A DNA stretch of 64,000 bases, taken from the NCBI RefSeq assembly GCF_009914755.1, contig NC_060943.1. The stretch is one strand, 5' to 3'. Under the pieces are notes generated by a model, which was not told the origin of the DNA, did not search any database, and worked only from the letters and a program-made list of their open reading frames with translations. Source of the stretch: the human T2T-CHM13v2.0 reference genome, Homo sapiens. The position numbers and the translations under genes are program-made. Position 1 is the first letter of the stretch, and the number at the start of each line of letters is the position of its first letter. Positions 31,871 to 48,974 of the stretch are shown in pieces.

Positions 31871-32959
31871 CAGCAAACAGGTGCAGCAGCCCCGCCCCCA
31901 CTCTTCTGAGCTGTGTGGCTTTGATCAGGGGACTTCCCTGTCTGTTAAATGGAAACCTAATAGTATCTGTAGCGAGAAGTATGGCCACCTTTATGTGAGA
32001 AAAGGGATTCGCAGGGCTCAGCAGGGCTGGGCACAAGGAGAGTTCTGGGCTCCGGGAAACACTGCCGGTATTTTTATTGCTTTTACTGTGGTTGCTGGTT
32101 GTCGTTGTTGTGACTGCGTCTCCATTCTCTCAGGGGATGACTTGTTTGCTATTTCACCATGAACACTGAGGCTGTGGGGTGTGAATCTCCTCCCCCCACC
32201 ATACCTCTGTCTCATCCCCTTTCCTTCTTCCTCCTCCATTCACTGCGGATCCAGCTTCTCCTGACCTTGACCTGATGGCTGTCGTCTTTCCCATCTGTCA
32301 CCCCGCTTGCCTGCATTTTCTCCTTTCTCATGCCTTCCCCTCCCCTCAACCTAGATCCATGATTAATTATGTCTCATATTAAAAACAAAGCCAAGCAAAA
32401 CCCCAAAGCAATAAACAAATCAGAACTCCCTAATGGTACTCTCTAACACTCTTTCCCACGAAGGTCCCATAGGAATTTTCTTGCCCTGAAAAATGTCTAG
32501 GCAGCCTCCTCTCCTCACTCCCAACAGACTCCCCGGCCCACACTGAGGTTGCAAATGGGCAACCCCAGGGTCTAATTCAGCCCCACAACTTGTGCTATTT
32601 GACTAAAGGTGTCTTCCTGTTAAACACTGGAAATAATTATTGACATCATGAAATGTAGAAAATGCCATCTGAAAATATAGATTTCCAGTCTTCTTTTGAG
32701 AAATCACAGGATGGGCGACACCAGTCCCATGCGTTTGCTCTGCAGACATTAGCTGAGTTGCATGGTGCAGCTTCTTCAGACAGGAGACCTGATCTCTCTT
32801 GCCCCACTCCCCACTGCCTCCGTCGTCTCTCCCCATGCCATATATCCACTGCCATTTGTTCATGTGCTCCTTACAATAGAGAAGTATTTCTCTGGACCTA
32901 TATTTAATTTTCATTTGTAGAAAAGTGACAGTAAAAGAGTCCTCTTGATTGACTCATTG

Positions 32960-33184
32960 ATTTTTGAGAGAGTCTTTCTCTCTTACCCAGGCTGGAGTGC
33001 AGTGGCACGATCCTAGCTCACTGAAGCCTTGAACTCCCAGGTTCAAAGGATCCTTCCAATATCTGAGACTACAGGCTCGTGACACCACACCTGGCTAATT
33101 TTTAAACTCCTGGGCTCAAGCAACCCTCCCACCTTGGTCTCCCAAAGTGCTAGGATTACAGGTGTGAGCCACCTCGCCTGGCTG
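32960..33184 (-). mobile_element. AluJ, internally deleted
   Basis: Antisense Alu lacking part of its left arm. Confidence 0.75.
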
Positions 33185-33249
33185 ATTTATTTATTAATTC
33201 ATGTCGTTTCCTATCCCATTTGTTATATACAAATGTGCAGACTGGAGAA

Positions 33250-33505
33250 CCATGTGTGGCTGTAGGTGTGTATATGAGTATGTGAGTGCGTATGTGTGTG
33301 AGTATGAATGTGAGTGTGTGTGACTGTGAGTGTGTATGAGTGTGTGTGTTAGTCTATGTGAGTGTGTGTGAATGTGGATGTGTGTGTTTGTGTTTGTGTT
33401 AGTGTGTGTGTATGTGACTGTGTGTCTGTGTGTGTGTATGTGTGGATGTGTTTATGTTTGTATGTGTGTATATGGGAGTATGTGAGTGTGTGTGTCTGCA
33501 TGTGC
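33250..33505. repeat. Degenerate (TG)n tract
   Basis: TG-rich low-complexity sequence. Confidence 0.9.
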
Positions 33506-33688
33506 CTGCCCATGACAATCACTCCCTTTCCAGCTTTGTCTCCAGAGCACCCTCTAGCGTTTGACCTGCTGTGTGCTTTATTTGTTCCCTGCCTGTCTCT
33601 TTGTCTCCCTACTAGAATGTAAGCCCCAGGAGGGCAGGAATCTCCACTTGATTACTGCTGTATTTCTAATGCTTACAGTCGTGCCTAG

Positions 33689-34033
<345 letters not shown>

Positions 34034-34529
34034 TGAGTGGGTGGAGAGGAAGGAATTGGCAGAGCCTAGGGAAAGACTAAACATTCACTCCTTCACTCAT
34101 CCATTCAACAGCTATTCATGGAGCACTGTGTCAGTCAGCTTTTGCTGTGTAACAAGTCATCCCCAAACTTAGGGGCTTAAAGCAACAATCACTTATCAGC
34201 TCATGATTCTGTGGGTCAGAAGTTTGACCTGGCTTCAGGGGACACTTTTCCTGCCTGTGCTTGTCTGTGCAGCCTCAGAGAGCTGGTGAGGCCACTGGTC
34301 GATCTCAGATGGCTTTACCCCCATGTCTGCTGGTGCTGGCTGTTGGCTGGCTTGGTGGTGCTGAGGACAGGCCATGTGTCTCCAGCAGGATTTTTCAGGG
34401 TTATCCTCATGGGGGTGCTTGCAGGGTTCTCAGGGATGGCAAGAGAGGGAATTCCCCAATTTTCAAGCACTGGAAGATTTGAAGAGGAAAAACACATGAT
34501 CTCATTTGCATTTCAAAAATATTCCTCTA

Positions 34530-34765
34530 ACTCAGTGGATTTCAACTGGGCGTGGTCTTATACCCCACTTCTCCTCCCCGGACGATTTTTGGCAGTGTCT
34601 GGAAACATTTAGGATTATCCTAACTGTGGAGATGCTGCTGTTATCTTGTGGGGAGAAGCCAGTAGTGATGCTGATAAACGTCCTACCATGCACAGGACGG
34701 ACCCTCCCCCCACAGAAAGAATGGTGCAGCTCCAAATGCCGATAGTGCCAAGTTTGAGAAACCCT
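34530..34765. mobile_element. MER20-like DNA transposon
   Basis: CAGTGGATTTCAACTGGG..TTTGGCAGTGTCTGGAAACATTT..CCAAATGCCGATAGTGCCAAGTTTGAGAAACCCTG. Confidence 0.7.
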
Positions 34766-35716
34766 GAGTCTCACTGCATGTGAGAATGGATTGTAGGGCT
34801 AGGAAGTCAAGAATGGAAGGTGGGAGGCCAGTTAGGAGATTCCTGCAACTGTCCAAGACAGAGGTGAGGTAAGTGGAGAGATTTGGGACATCTTTGGGAG
34901 AAGGAATCAGTTCTTGCTGATGGATGTGGAGAAGGGGAGGAAACGAGAGGTATCATGATGACTTTTAGGGTTTTGGCCCAAACAGATGGATAAAGGGTGG
35001 TGCCATTTGCCAACATCTCAATGACACCCCATAGCAGAAAGGGGCTGAACCTTATACCAACTACTAGGCACTGTCTTTTTCCTCAGGGGATGAGCAGGGC
35101 TGGGACAGAAGGAGTGGATAACAGAGGCCAGCTCTGCTAGTGAGGCTTGGAGCTCCTGGCTGGGGCTAAGGTGCAGAAAGAGTGGAAAATGCCAGGATTT
35201 GCCCAGTCTATTCAGCTTAGGGATGAGAAGGACACTAAGGTTCTGACTATGGGGACATGTCCCCACTAGTGTCTGTTCTTTGGAAGCTGGGGAAGCCTCC
35301 ATCATCCTGGTTTACTTCTGTGGCTTTTTCTTCTGCTCCTTCACTCAGTTTCTGCTGGGGGCCTGTAGAGAAGGAACTCTTTTATCTACTGGACAGGTAA
35401 GGGACTGAAGACTCAAGTGGCAGGGCACATCAGGTGACCCAGTTGAAGTTTTCTAGGTAGTTATAGAACAGAATTCAGGTCTTTCATTCTCTCAGCCCCA
35501 TCTGAATCATCACATAGGCATATGTGTGTTTGTGTGTGTGTGGGGTTGTGTGTTTGTGTGTGTGTGAGAGAGAGAGAGAGAGAAGGAGGGTGAGAGAGAG
35601 AGAGAGAGAGGAGGCTATTACTAGAAAAGGGACAAGATGCCAGTGGGAAGAGCCCACTCCTGCCATCTGGCCACTCACTCATGGCTCCTTTTTCCTCCAC
35701 TCCCACCCTCACCCAG

Positions 35717-35793
35717 ACCTGTCTTCTCAAGAGACTGGGCTTTCCCAGGAGTGGAGCTCGGTGGAGGAAGATGACGAATCAGAGGGCTCCCAG
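35717..35793 (+). CDS. SMIM17: SMIM17 second coding exon (acidic segment)
   Basis: Acceptor cacccag|; 77 nt encoding (D)LSSQETGLSQEWSSVEEDDESEGSQ; donor CAG|gtacac. Frame is consistent with both neighbouring exons. Confidence 0.92.
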
Positions 35794-36004
35794 GTACACT
35801 GGGGGGTTTGTTCTTTTTCCACAAATGTCCCACTCTGTAGATCTCAGCACTTTGTCACATTTGCATTCTCAGCTTGGAATTTACCTGCCCCATAAAAATC
35901 TCAAGAGATCTCTTGTGTCTGATCTCTATGGTGATCAGACACAGACTGGAGGGTCTCCATGTGGTGTGTGTAACTCAGTTCACATGTACCCTCCAACACT
36001 TCCT

Positions 36005-36850
36005 TCATAAATCCATCTACCCATGCATCCACCTCTGTACTTCATCTTCTGTCCACTTATTCATCAACCCTCCCTTCCATCCACCCTCTTACCTTTCCAA
36101 TCACTCATCCATTCATTCATCCACCTCTCAAACATCTACTAGCCATTCACTCATCTGCCCACTCATTCATCCACCTAAACTTTTATTCACCTACTTGCTT
36201 GTATACCCATTCCATCCATCCATCCATCCATCCATCCATCCATCCATCCATCCCTATACTTCATCTGTTTATCCACTTATCCATCCATCCATCCATCCAT
36301 CCATCCATCCATGCATCAACCCATCCCTATACCTCAGCTGTCTATCCACTTTTCCATCCACCCATAAACCCTCCCTTCCACCCACCCTCTCACCTTTCCA
36401 TTCACCTGTCCATTCATTCATCTACCCATTGAACATCCACCAACTATTCATCTGTCCACTCATTCATTTACCCAACCTTTCATCCCTTATGCATCCATAT
36501 ACCCATTCCATCCATCCATCCATCCATCCATCCATCCATCCACCCATTCATCCATCCATATATCCAGTTATCCATATACATACTCATTCACCCTTTTATT
36601 CAGATGCCATCAATCCATCTGTTCAATCCACCCACCTACATATCCATCCCCTATCCACTCAACTGTCCACCCACCTATTCATCCCTCTACTACCTGTTGG
36701 CTGTGGTGAGGATATGGCTAGTATGCATCCACCCATATGCCCACACATTCATTCATCCATCTGTATCTATTCACACACCCAGTCATAAGACCACCTACCA
36801 ATCCATTCACCCATCCACCCACTATTCCATTTATCCATCCACTAATCATC
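36005..36850. repeat. Degenerate (TCCA)n microsatellite
   Basis: Long CCAT/TCCA-rich tract. It produces the spurious IHPS-repeat ORFs. Confidence 0.92.
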
Positions 36851-38294
36851 TACTGAGTTTTAATCCAGATACTACAAGTAAAACCAAAGACAATTATCAA
36901 ACACATTTCTTTCACTCAAAAACCTAATGTTTTCTTTTTTGAGGAATAAGATATCAATATAAGAAAACCAGTGGTTCTTTCATTTATACATTCATCTCAT
37001 ACATGAGAAAAATCACATAATCACTCTCAGTGAGCACATGAGAGTCCCATCCATCTCCCAATCATGTCAGGAATGTAACTCTGGCTGCCTCAAGCCAGAA
37101 AATGGATTTATTGGCTCGTGGTGCAGGGATGAGGGCGAGGGAAACAAACTGGCCAACAAACCATGATAGTGCAGAAATAAGTGCTGGGCACAGTGGAGTG
37201 GCCCAAAGGAAGACGTTAACTGCATGCCAGGAGGTTTATTCTTGGATATCCCAGAGAGGAGGACACACCACACCTGGGGTTTTCGGGATAGTAAGAATTC
37301 CACAGGCATAGCAGGGAAGGGAACAACATGTGCACAGGCAAGTTGGTATAACAAGGTACGTTTCAGGGACACTGAAGTTAAGGGCAGAGCAGTGGGAGGT
37401 TTGGGTGAAAATATGGCTGGGATGACATCATTCATTCATTGCACATCTATTTCTTGAGCACCTGCTCAGTGCCAAGCAGTGTTCAATGCACAGAGTGTAC
37501 AATAGTGAGACAGAAGTGGTCCCTGCCTTCATGGAGCTCACAGTCACCGAGGTAGACAGACGACAATTGAAATAAGCAGCTAAAATATGAATTGGGTTGA
37601 GTGGTGATAACTGCTATGGAGAAAAATGAAGCAGGAAGGGGGTTTGGGAGTAGGAGCTGGGGCTGGGGGTTGCTATTTTAAGAAGCTTGTCTAGGAAAGT
37701 CCCCACTGAGAGGGAGCTATTGAGTGAGGACCTGAAGGAGGTGGGGAGTGAGACTGGCAGATGCCTAGGGAGAGCGGGCTCTATGCAGAGGACACAGCAA
37801 GTGCAAAGGCCCTGAGGTACAGATGTGCCTGGTACATTTGGGGAACACCAAGGGGCGTGGTGGTCAGTGTGGCTGGAGGGTGGGAGGGAGGACTAGGAGG
37901 TGAGGTCATGGGGGCGATGGGGTGGATGATGTAGTGTCTCATGGGCCGTGGTGAAATATGAGTTTTACTCTGAGTGGGTGGGAGCCATAGGCGAGTTCTG
38001 GACAGAGGAGGGACATGTTCTGATTTGGCCTTTAGCAGGACTCCTCTCACTGCTAAGTCCCACACCGAGGAGGTTGGATGTGTTTTGCAGGCAGTGGGAG
38101 CCATCGAAGGTGTTCGGGGACTTACAGAATCACTCTGGGAGCCCATGTGGAAGGAAGGTGGGTTGGATGTGGCTGGGGTTAGAGTTTAGAGGGGCAAAGG
38201 AGCAAGTCAGAAATGTGTAGTTAGGGAAAAAAGGTAGAAATGAAACAGAGAAGAGTTGCCACTTTCCTTGTGCATGTTACAAGCTTCATGCTAT

Positions 38295-38603
38295 TCTTTT
38301 TATTTTTTATTTTTTTGAGACGGAATCTCGCTCTGTCACCAGGCTGGAGTGCAGTGGCACTATCTTGGCTTACTGCTCACTGCAACCTCCGCCTCCTCTG
38401 TTCAAGTGATTCTCCTGCCTCAGCCTCCTGAGTAGCTAGGACTACAGGCGCACACCACCATGCCCAGCTAATTCTTGTATTTTTAGTAGAAATGGGGTTT
38501 CACCATGTTGGCCAAGATGGTCTTGATCTCTTGACCTCGTAATCCGCCCACCTCGGCCTCCGAAAGTGCTGGGATTACAGGCATGAGCCACGACGCCCAG
38601 CCA
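38295..38603 (-). mobile_element. AluS (Sc-like)
   Basis: Antisense Alu; TSD AGCTT(C/G)ATGCTATTCT. Confidence 0.9.
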
Positions 38604-39952
38604 GCTTGATGCTATTCTAAGCTCATCTTATTATAACACATCTAGTAACTGAACACTCATTAACTCTCATAACTCATGAGCCTTGTGAGATCGTTAGCAT
38701 GGTTTCCTCCTCTACAGATGAGGAAACTGAGGCAGAGAGGAACCAAATGGCTTGCTTCAGGTCCCACAATGAGTGGGTAGCAGAGCTAGCATAGAGTTTG
38801 GGCTTGGAGGGGAGGATAGGAGCGAATGGGACCCAGGACCTGATGACATTTCCAGACCTGTGGGACGTAAAAGGTGAAGGAACAGGGACAAGCCCAGGGG
38901 CAACACGTGAATTCTGATGTGGGGACAGGGTAGAGGGAGGTTCTAGCCTCCAGCATAGGGATCAAGGAGGCAGTTTGGAAGAAATGACAAGGTCGATTTT
39001 AGACATGCTGCTTGGGAGAGGCCTCTGTGACATCATTCATTCACTCACTCATTTGCCCAGTTGTAATTCCTTGAGCCAGCATTGATGGAGCACACACCCA
39101 GGGGGCTGATAGGGGAGGGCCTCTCATTGGCAGGCCCTGGGTCAGTTTTCTGCATGGACAGACCCTCCTTCCTGCAGACAACCACCCTCTTTCAAAAAAG
39201 AAAGAGGAGCGGGCTGTCTGGAACCAGAGACCTTTGATGACAGTTACAGCCTCATTATGGGCCAGGAGCTGGACTTTGTGCTCTACTTACCTTAATTTAC
39301 TTGGTCCTCTTATCAGTCCTTGATGTAGGACCTGTTATCCCATTTTACAGATGGGAAAACTAAGGCACAGAGAGGTTATGTGACTTTCCCTTGTCATGCA
39401 ACGTGTAAATGGCAGAGCTAGGATTTGTACCCAGCATGTCTCTTAACCACTAGGTGTCCTGCCTGTGCTTGGGGCAGAGATGAAGGCCTCTCTCTCCCTG
39501 TTCTCCTAGTCACTATACCTCCTGTGGAGAGGAGTGAGTGAAGAAGTGGAAGAAAGAAAAAGAGTTACTTTCCGGGAGGGCAGAAGTTCCCAGTCTGTGG
39601 GCCCAGAAGAAAGCAAGCAGGGGAAAATGGTCCCATCATTACCGTTCCATAAAATGCAAGCATATGTAACACCTGCAAATCTTATCTAAGTGCATGAGAT
39701 TTTAAAAAGATCAATGCCCAGAAATAACCCCTGGTAAAAGTTGCTGTAACAGGCCAAATTCATCCATAGTGTGAGAAGTTGGGGTAGTGGTTACCTTTGA
39801 GGTGGGGGGATTTCGGGGTTGATAATGATCTGCTTCCTGTTTGGGGTGCTAGTTACATGGTGTGTTCACCTTCTGAAGGTGCCTCAGGCTGTACACCTAG
39901 GATGTGTGCAACCTCCCCTTTCTACATTCCACTTCAACAGAATGTTTTAAGC

Positions 39953-40453
<501 letters not shown>

Positions 40454-40501
40454 TTATCGCAAGGGAACCCTGGAATGTGAATAGAGAGTTGTCCTCCTCT
40501 G

Positions 40502-40804
40502 GGCTGGGCGCAGTGGCTCACGCCCGTAATCCTAGCACTTTGGGAGGCCGAGGTGGGTGGATTACGGGGTCAGGAGTTCAAGACCAGCCTGGCCAAGATG
40601 GTGAAACCCCGTCTGTACTAAAAATACGAAAATTAGCTGGGCATGGGGGCGGATGCCTGTAATCCCAGCTACTCGGGAGGCTGAGGCAGAGAATTGCTTG
40701 AACCCAGGAGGCACAGGTTGCAGTGAGCTGAGATTGCACCACTGCCCTCCAGCCTGGGCGATACAGCGAGACTCTCCTTCTCAAAAAAAAGAAAAAAAAA
40801 AAAA
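40502..40804 (+). mobile_element. AluS (Sg-like)
   Basis: Alu dimer; TSD GAGAGTT(G/A)TCCTCCTCT. Confidence 0.9.
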
Positions 40805-43180
40805 GAGAGAGAGAGAGAGAGTTATCCTCCTCTGAGTCAGTGGAGTGGCCTTTTGTATCCCATATGAGTTATTGTTGGCTGTGGACTGCCCTGGAGGGCG
40901 AATTAACCTCCTGGGTAATCCTCTAGGAAGGAGGATCTCATTAGCAAAGGGCATTTGTCAGAAGAGAAGGAGCAACTACAAACTGTAAACCATACAAGTA
41001 GCGGCCAATACCCCTAGCCTCCAGGGGAGAGCTGCACCAGCCTGAAAAACAGAAATAAAGAGAAATTAGGTGAGGCATCTATGGGTCTATTATGTGTGAT
41101 GTGTGTAAAACTATTGGATTTCAGATTACCTGTATTTATTACATTTTCTTAACTTTATATTCTGCTTTTCAAAATTGAAGTATAATTATTTCCAATAAAA
41201 TGCACTAACCAGAGAGTGTTTACACATGTACATCCGTGTAACCAACACCCCAATCAAGATATTGAGTGCTGTCATAATTCTAGAACATTCTCTTATTTTC
41301 CCTTCTGGTCCATCTCACTCCCCAGCCCTGGAAGCAACTACAGTTCTTGATTTCCACTTGCATGGATTAGTTTTGCTTGTTGTTGAATTTTATCTAAATA
41401 CTGTCATGTAGTAAACTACATATATATTTTTTAATTCCAAAAAAGGAAATTATGGCAAAATTGTTATTCCTCCAGTTGGCATTTTCACTTAATACGTGCT
41501 GGACAGTTTTCCATTTAATATATCTTGATTATCTTCATTGTATTTCAAAGTTACTTTTTCCTGCTGCCAAATATTCTCTAGCTCAGTTGTGTCAGACCCA
41601 TTTCCTTGGGTGATGAATTGCTAGGCTCCCATTGCTGTCACTGTTACAGAAGACAATGCTACAATGAGCGTTTGTTCAGTTGGCCCAATTTTATGCATGG
41701 ATTATGAGGAACTTTATAAAAATTCACATTCTCTGGTTCTCCTCAGATACACTGAACCAGAAAATCCAAAGGGGATCCCAAGATATTCAAAAAACTCTCC
41801 CAACAACTTTTGGTGCTCTACCAGGTTTGGGAACTGCTTAAGTGGGTCATTGTCCCTAGGTATCTGGTTGTAAAGGAAGATTTGAAATAAGGTGTCATCC
41901 AGAGGGAATCAGCAGGCTAAAGGGAGGAATTTGTTTCAAAGATTATAAATGTGAATTCCATCAATGATTTATAATATACTTTAATAATTCGTAGTCTGTG
42001 TCCTTCCATTTTTCTTTTTTCACAGGATTTTTTTCAGTGTTCACCATTGCCTAACTTTCCAGATAATCCATTATGTCTTGTACATTCACCAAACTTCCTT
42101 GATATTTTAATAGCAATTGCACTAAATTCATCATTAATTTGGAAAATTGTCATCGTTAAACATTTTGTCTTCTCATCTCTTATCATGGTATGTTTTTTCA
42201 TTTATGAACTCATTCAACAAATATTTACAGAGTTCATACCCTGTTCCAGGCACTGGGAATACAGTAGCAAACAAAGCAAAGGTTTGCCCTCTTGGTGCTT
42301 ACAGTGTCATTGGAGGAAGAGACAATAAACATACATAGCATGTCAGGTGGTGATAGGAGCATGGAGAAAAAGACAAGGGGCATGCATAGTGCAGGGTTAA
42401 GGGTATCTGGAGGAAGGGCATTCCAGGAAGAAGAACTCGTAACTACAAAGGCTTGGAAGTGACTGTGGCTGGAACAGAGTGAGAAAGGCAAGGAATGACG
42501 TCAGCGTTAGAAGGAGCACTCTGACTGGCCCATGGGCAAGAAATTGGGTGGGATTATCAAGACAAGAAACAAAATTCTGTATCAAGAGTACAAGATAGAT
42601 GACAGTGGCTTTGGCCAGGGTGGTGGTAGTGAAGGGAAGGGAAATGGTCAGATTCTGAATGTTTTGAAGATAAAGCCAACAGTACTTGCCGATGTCTTGA
42701 ATGTGGGTGGTGTCAGAAAGAGAGTCAAGGATACAACAATTGGAGGTCTGGAGGGGCCTGAAGGGGTAATGGGAGGAAAACTGCATGAGGAGCTTTTTTT
42801 TGTGGGGGACATTACAATATTTGTTTGGGGACATGTGAAGTTTAAGATGTCCATCAGATATCCAACTGGAGATGGCAAATAGGCAGTGAGATATATAGTT
42901 GGGTCAACAAATACACATACATATGCAAGCACACACATATCTCTTGAGGGGGTGGGGTCATTAGAGCATAGATGGTATGTTAAAACTGAGATTTAATATA
43001 CCAGTGAGATTTTGAAATTGTCATCCCATTATTCGAACATTTCCTCTGAGAGAGCATAGTTATGTTACATTCTTTTGTTTATCTTATATCTACTCAGTTG
43101 TACCGTTTTAAATTCAAACAGCTTTTCTCTTGATATGACATTTCATTTCTGATCATATAAGTCTATTTTCCTGCAAGTAA

Positions 43181-43345
<165 letters not shown>

Positions 43346-44079
43346 CTATAATGGTGGCTGTTGTTTTAAAAGTTTAATTTAATGAAATAGATGCCCTATG
43401 TCATGTTAAGGAATTGTGCTAGTTAAAAATCAGGAATAGGTGTTGAATATTTTCAAATGCCTTTCAAACATCCTTTGAGATGATTTTTAAAAAATTTTTG
43501 GTGTGAGTTTTCACATACTTTATTTCCATGAAATGAAGACATCATTGATTGTAAAACATTATTTTGTATACCACGGAGAAAGAAAAGTGCTAATTAATCA
43601 TTAAGATGCCACCAACTGGAAGATATCTCCTGACTTTGAGAAGATGAAAAAATGTGCAACTGAAGATCAATGAAATCTGGTACATTTCCTAACATCAAAC
43701 CAACTTTGCATTCTTTAGGTTTTGGTGCACCAGTCTTTTCATACACTAGATTATATTTATTGATATTTTATGTAGGATTCTTGCCTCTATCTTCACATGT
43801 GAGATTGGTGCTATCTTTGTGAAGTTTTGGTATCATGGTTAAGCTTGCATCATAGAAAGACTTGGGTAACTTTTACCTTTTCTATGCTTTTCAATAGTTT
43901 CTGTAGCTTAGGAAGTATCAGTCCCTTGACACCTTACATGAATTCATTGTTATAACCAGGTCATAGAGTCATGGAGAGAACGTTTCAGCTAATTCTTGGG
44001 CAGCTTTCTTAGTTCTTTACAATGTTATCAGTTTATTAATACTTTTTACCTCTTGCATTTATTTTGGCGAATTACAGAG

Positions 44080-44377
44080 GTTTTTGTTTTTTTTTTTTTT
44101 TTGAGACCGAGTCTCACTCTGTCACCCAGTCTGGAGTGCAGTGGCACCATCTCGGCTCACTGTAAGCAGAGGGTTCATGCCATTCTCCTGCCTCAGCCTC
44201 CCAAGTAGCTGGGACTACAGGCGCCCACCACCATGCCCAGCTAATTTTTTGTATTTTTAGTAGAGACGGGGTTTCACCGTGTTAGCCAGGATGGTCTCGA
44301 TCTCCTGACCTCGTGATCCGCCCGCCTTGGCCTCCCAAAGTGCTGGGATTACAGATGTGAGCCACCGTGCCCAGCCC
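44080..44377 (-). mobile_element. AluY (in the presumed SMIM17 3'UTR)
   Basis: AluY diagnostic CACCGTGTTAGCCAGGATGGTCTCGATCTCCTGACCTCGTG. Confidence 0.9.
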
Positions 44378-45357
44378 AGAGTTCTTTTATCCTCTAGAAA
44401 ATTCTTCATTCCATAGAGCTTTTTCATATTATTAGCTTAATTATGCATAATGTTTTATAATTAAAAATTTCTCTTTATTTTGTTCTATCCCCTGTTTCCT
44501 GTAAACTGCTGTTTGTGGTTTACTCATTATTAGATTTGTCAAAGGTTTATCTAGCTTACTATTGTTTTTCCAAAGAACCAACATTAGGATTCATTTATAT
44601 CCATTATTTCTTTTATTTGTAATTTGTTTTTCTTTGATATGTATTGCATTTATTTTTTATTGTTTTTCTTCTTTGTCTCAGTTTTTATACTGAATACTTG
44701 ATTTATATTCTCTTTATATTTTCTATAATAGCATACTTATTAACGCAAATGTACTTCTGGATATAGCGTTGGCCACATCTTAACATTTGATTATTCATTT
44801 TTGTTTATGTTGTCTAAAAATTACATTGTAGTGTGTCTAAATATTACATTGTAGTGTTTCTAAAGAGTGCTTTGAAACTCAGTGATTTGGTTTATTTTTT
44901 GTTTAAAAATAGTTTTGTTTTCTTGTTTTACTGCACTGTGAACACAGAATGTGGCCTATAACACATCTGCTTCCAAAACTTTTTAAAAAGCTTTTAGTGT
45001 GGCCTAGAACATGTCCATTTTTTGTAATTGTTTCACGAACATTTAAGATGAAGATATCTTCTCTGTCCGTAGAACTGAAAACTTTATGTGCCTGTTAGTT
45101 AACTCAGTATCGTCAATTATATTGTTCAGATTCATGTGTTATCTAATTTTGGCCTATTATATTCATTAAAAACCAATAAGGTTATGTGAAACTTTGTTAG
45201 TACAATTGTTTTTGCTAATAAATTTTTATAATCTTTGCTTTATGTACTCAACAGCTGTGTAATTCGAGGCATATAAGTGCAGCATTGTTATGTCCTTGTT
45301 AATTAAATAATATATGTAAAACACCATATGACAATGGCTGGCAGATAGTAGGCACTC

Positions 45358-45363
45358 AATAAA
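45358..45363 (+). terminator. SMIM17: Candidate SMIM17 poly(A) signal
   Basis: AATAAA within the MIR/L2-like TAGTAGGCACTCAATAAATGTT. Another AATAAA occurs near 45217. Confidence 0.45.
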
Positions 45364-46101
45364 TGTTAATTAAAACCTGATTCTGAATCCTTTGTTAAAT
45401 ATAAAATGATTGTTTTCAGTCAATTTAATCCTTTGCCTTAAATTTTACCTTGTCTAATACTGGTTGATATTATCATCCTGCGCTCTTCTGTCTATGTATA
45501 TGAGGTTCTTTAGAGAAATTAACAGGGAAAAGTATGGATTATCTCTCCATTCCTCTCTCAGGCTGATTGCCTGCAACAAGCAACCAGCCCTTAAAAGAAA
45601 GGAAAACAGGCCTTAACTATTACATTTTTTGAGATTCTACTGGAAATAAGAGAAGCTCAATTCAAATGAGCTTAAGCAAAATAATAATAATAATTATTAT
45701 TATTATTCGTTCATGTTACACCAAAGTTTAGGATAAAATTGGCTTTATTTACAGCTGGTTCTGGGGGACCTAAAAATATCACTGGGGCTTTTCCTCTCCT
45801 CACCTCCCTCTCTTCCTTCTACATGGCTGGAGACAGCTATCATGGACCCTGTGATCATCTCTTCCACACGGCAAGGTGGGAGACCTGGCAGATTCCCATC
45901 ACGCACACCTGCAACTCGCATCCTTGTTCTGCCTTGGGGACAAGAGTCCTGAAATTAGGGGAGAGAGAACAGCAACTGCAAAGGCCCTGAGACATAAACC
46001 GACTGCCCAAGTAAAGGATGGAGAATGGACTGCAGCAGGTCAAAGGCGGAAGCAGGGAGATAAGTGTGGAGACTGTCTTAGGTGTCCAGTCAACAGGGGA
46101 T

Positions 46102-47300
<1,199 letters not shown>

Positions 47301-47877
47301 TAACACAATTAGGACCATTCATAATCCTCCCATTTCAGGTAAAGCCAAAGTCTTCACAATGCCATCCAGCCCTATTCCAAGTGGCTTCTCTTCCCTCCTC
47401 CTTATCTTGCTCCCTCCCACGCAGCCACACTGGCCTCCTTGCTGTTTCTCAAACTCGCCTATCATGCTTACTTCAGGACTTTTGCACTGTTCCTGCTCCG
47501 CGGAATGCTCTTTCCCCAGAAGCTCCCATGGCTCCCTCATCTCCTTCAGGTCTCAAATGTCACTTCCTCACAGAAGCCTTCCCCGACCACCCTCAAGTAG
47601 CACCTCTCTCCGCAGGTCCCGCTCTACTCGTCTTCACAGATTGTATCATGACCTGACAAGTAATGGGTCAATGCAGTTCCAGTCTAGCGTCCTCAATGGC
47701 CATTCCTGCCCCTTGGGTGGTTCTCCCTGGAGGAACTGTGAAGATGGAATGCGGGGAGGAGAGGGCTGTGGAGTTCAGGTTGTGCCTCCCCGGAACTCCT
47801 CACACATCCATACCAGCTTGTGGCACCTCCACACGACCCCACCCCCATGCTCTTGAAGCTGCTCCGTCTCTTCCTGG

Positions 47878-48605
<728 letters not shown>

Positions 48606-48974
48606 TGAAGTAAAATCACAGGGATTAAGTGGACCACCCCTTGGGCCAGTCATGTGGCCTGTGGTTAGTAATTCTCATAGTGAAATAGCCCGATTACCCG
48701 CGAGATGGTTTGGGAGGGATTAATGAGAAGGCTGCACGCTGCCACCAGAGGGCAGCTTCGGCATCCAGTGCTGTGAGGGTTCACAGAATCCTAGGTCCAT
48801 TTCCTCTTTACCTTATCTGTCAATCCTTACATTTCAGAAGCTCAGAAATATTTTGGATAATTTTTCCTCCACGGACTCAGAGGACTCTAACCTCCCGGGT
48901 GCTTTTCTCTTTCTACAGCAGGAGGGGTTCATGGCAAATTCTCATCACCCCTCCCTATTGCTGCTCTGCCACTG

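Noticed and set aside
31129-32162. Several 200-290-aa ORFs in the SMIM17 CpG island
   Set aside because: Stop-poor GC-rich DNA open in multiple frames, with no domain features.
35874-36788. 304-aa IHPS-rich ORF
   Set aside because: Translation of the (TCCA)n microsatellite.
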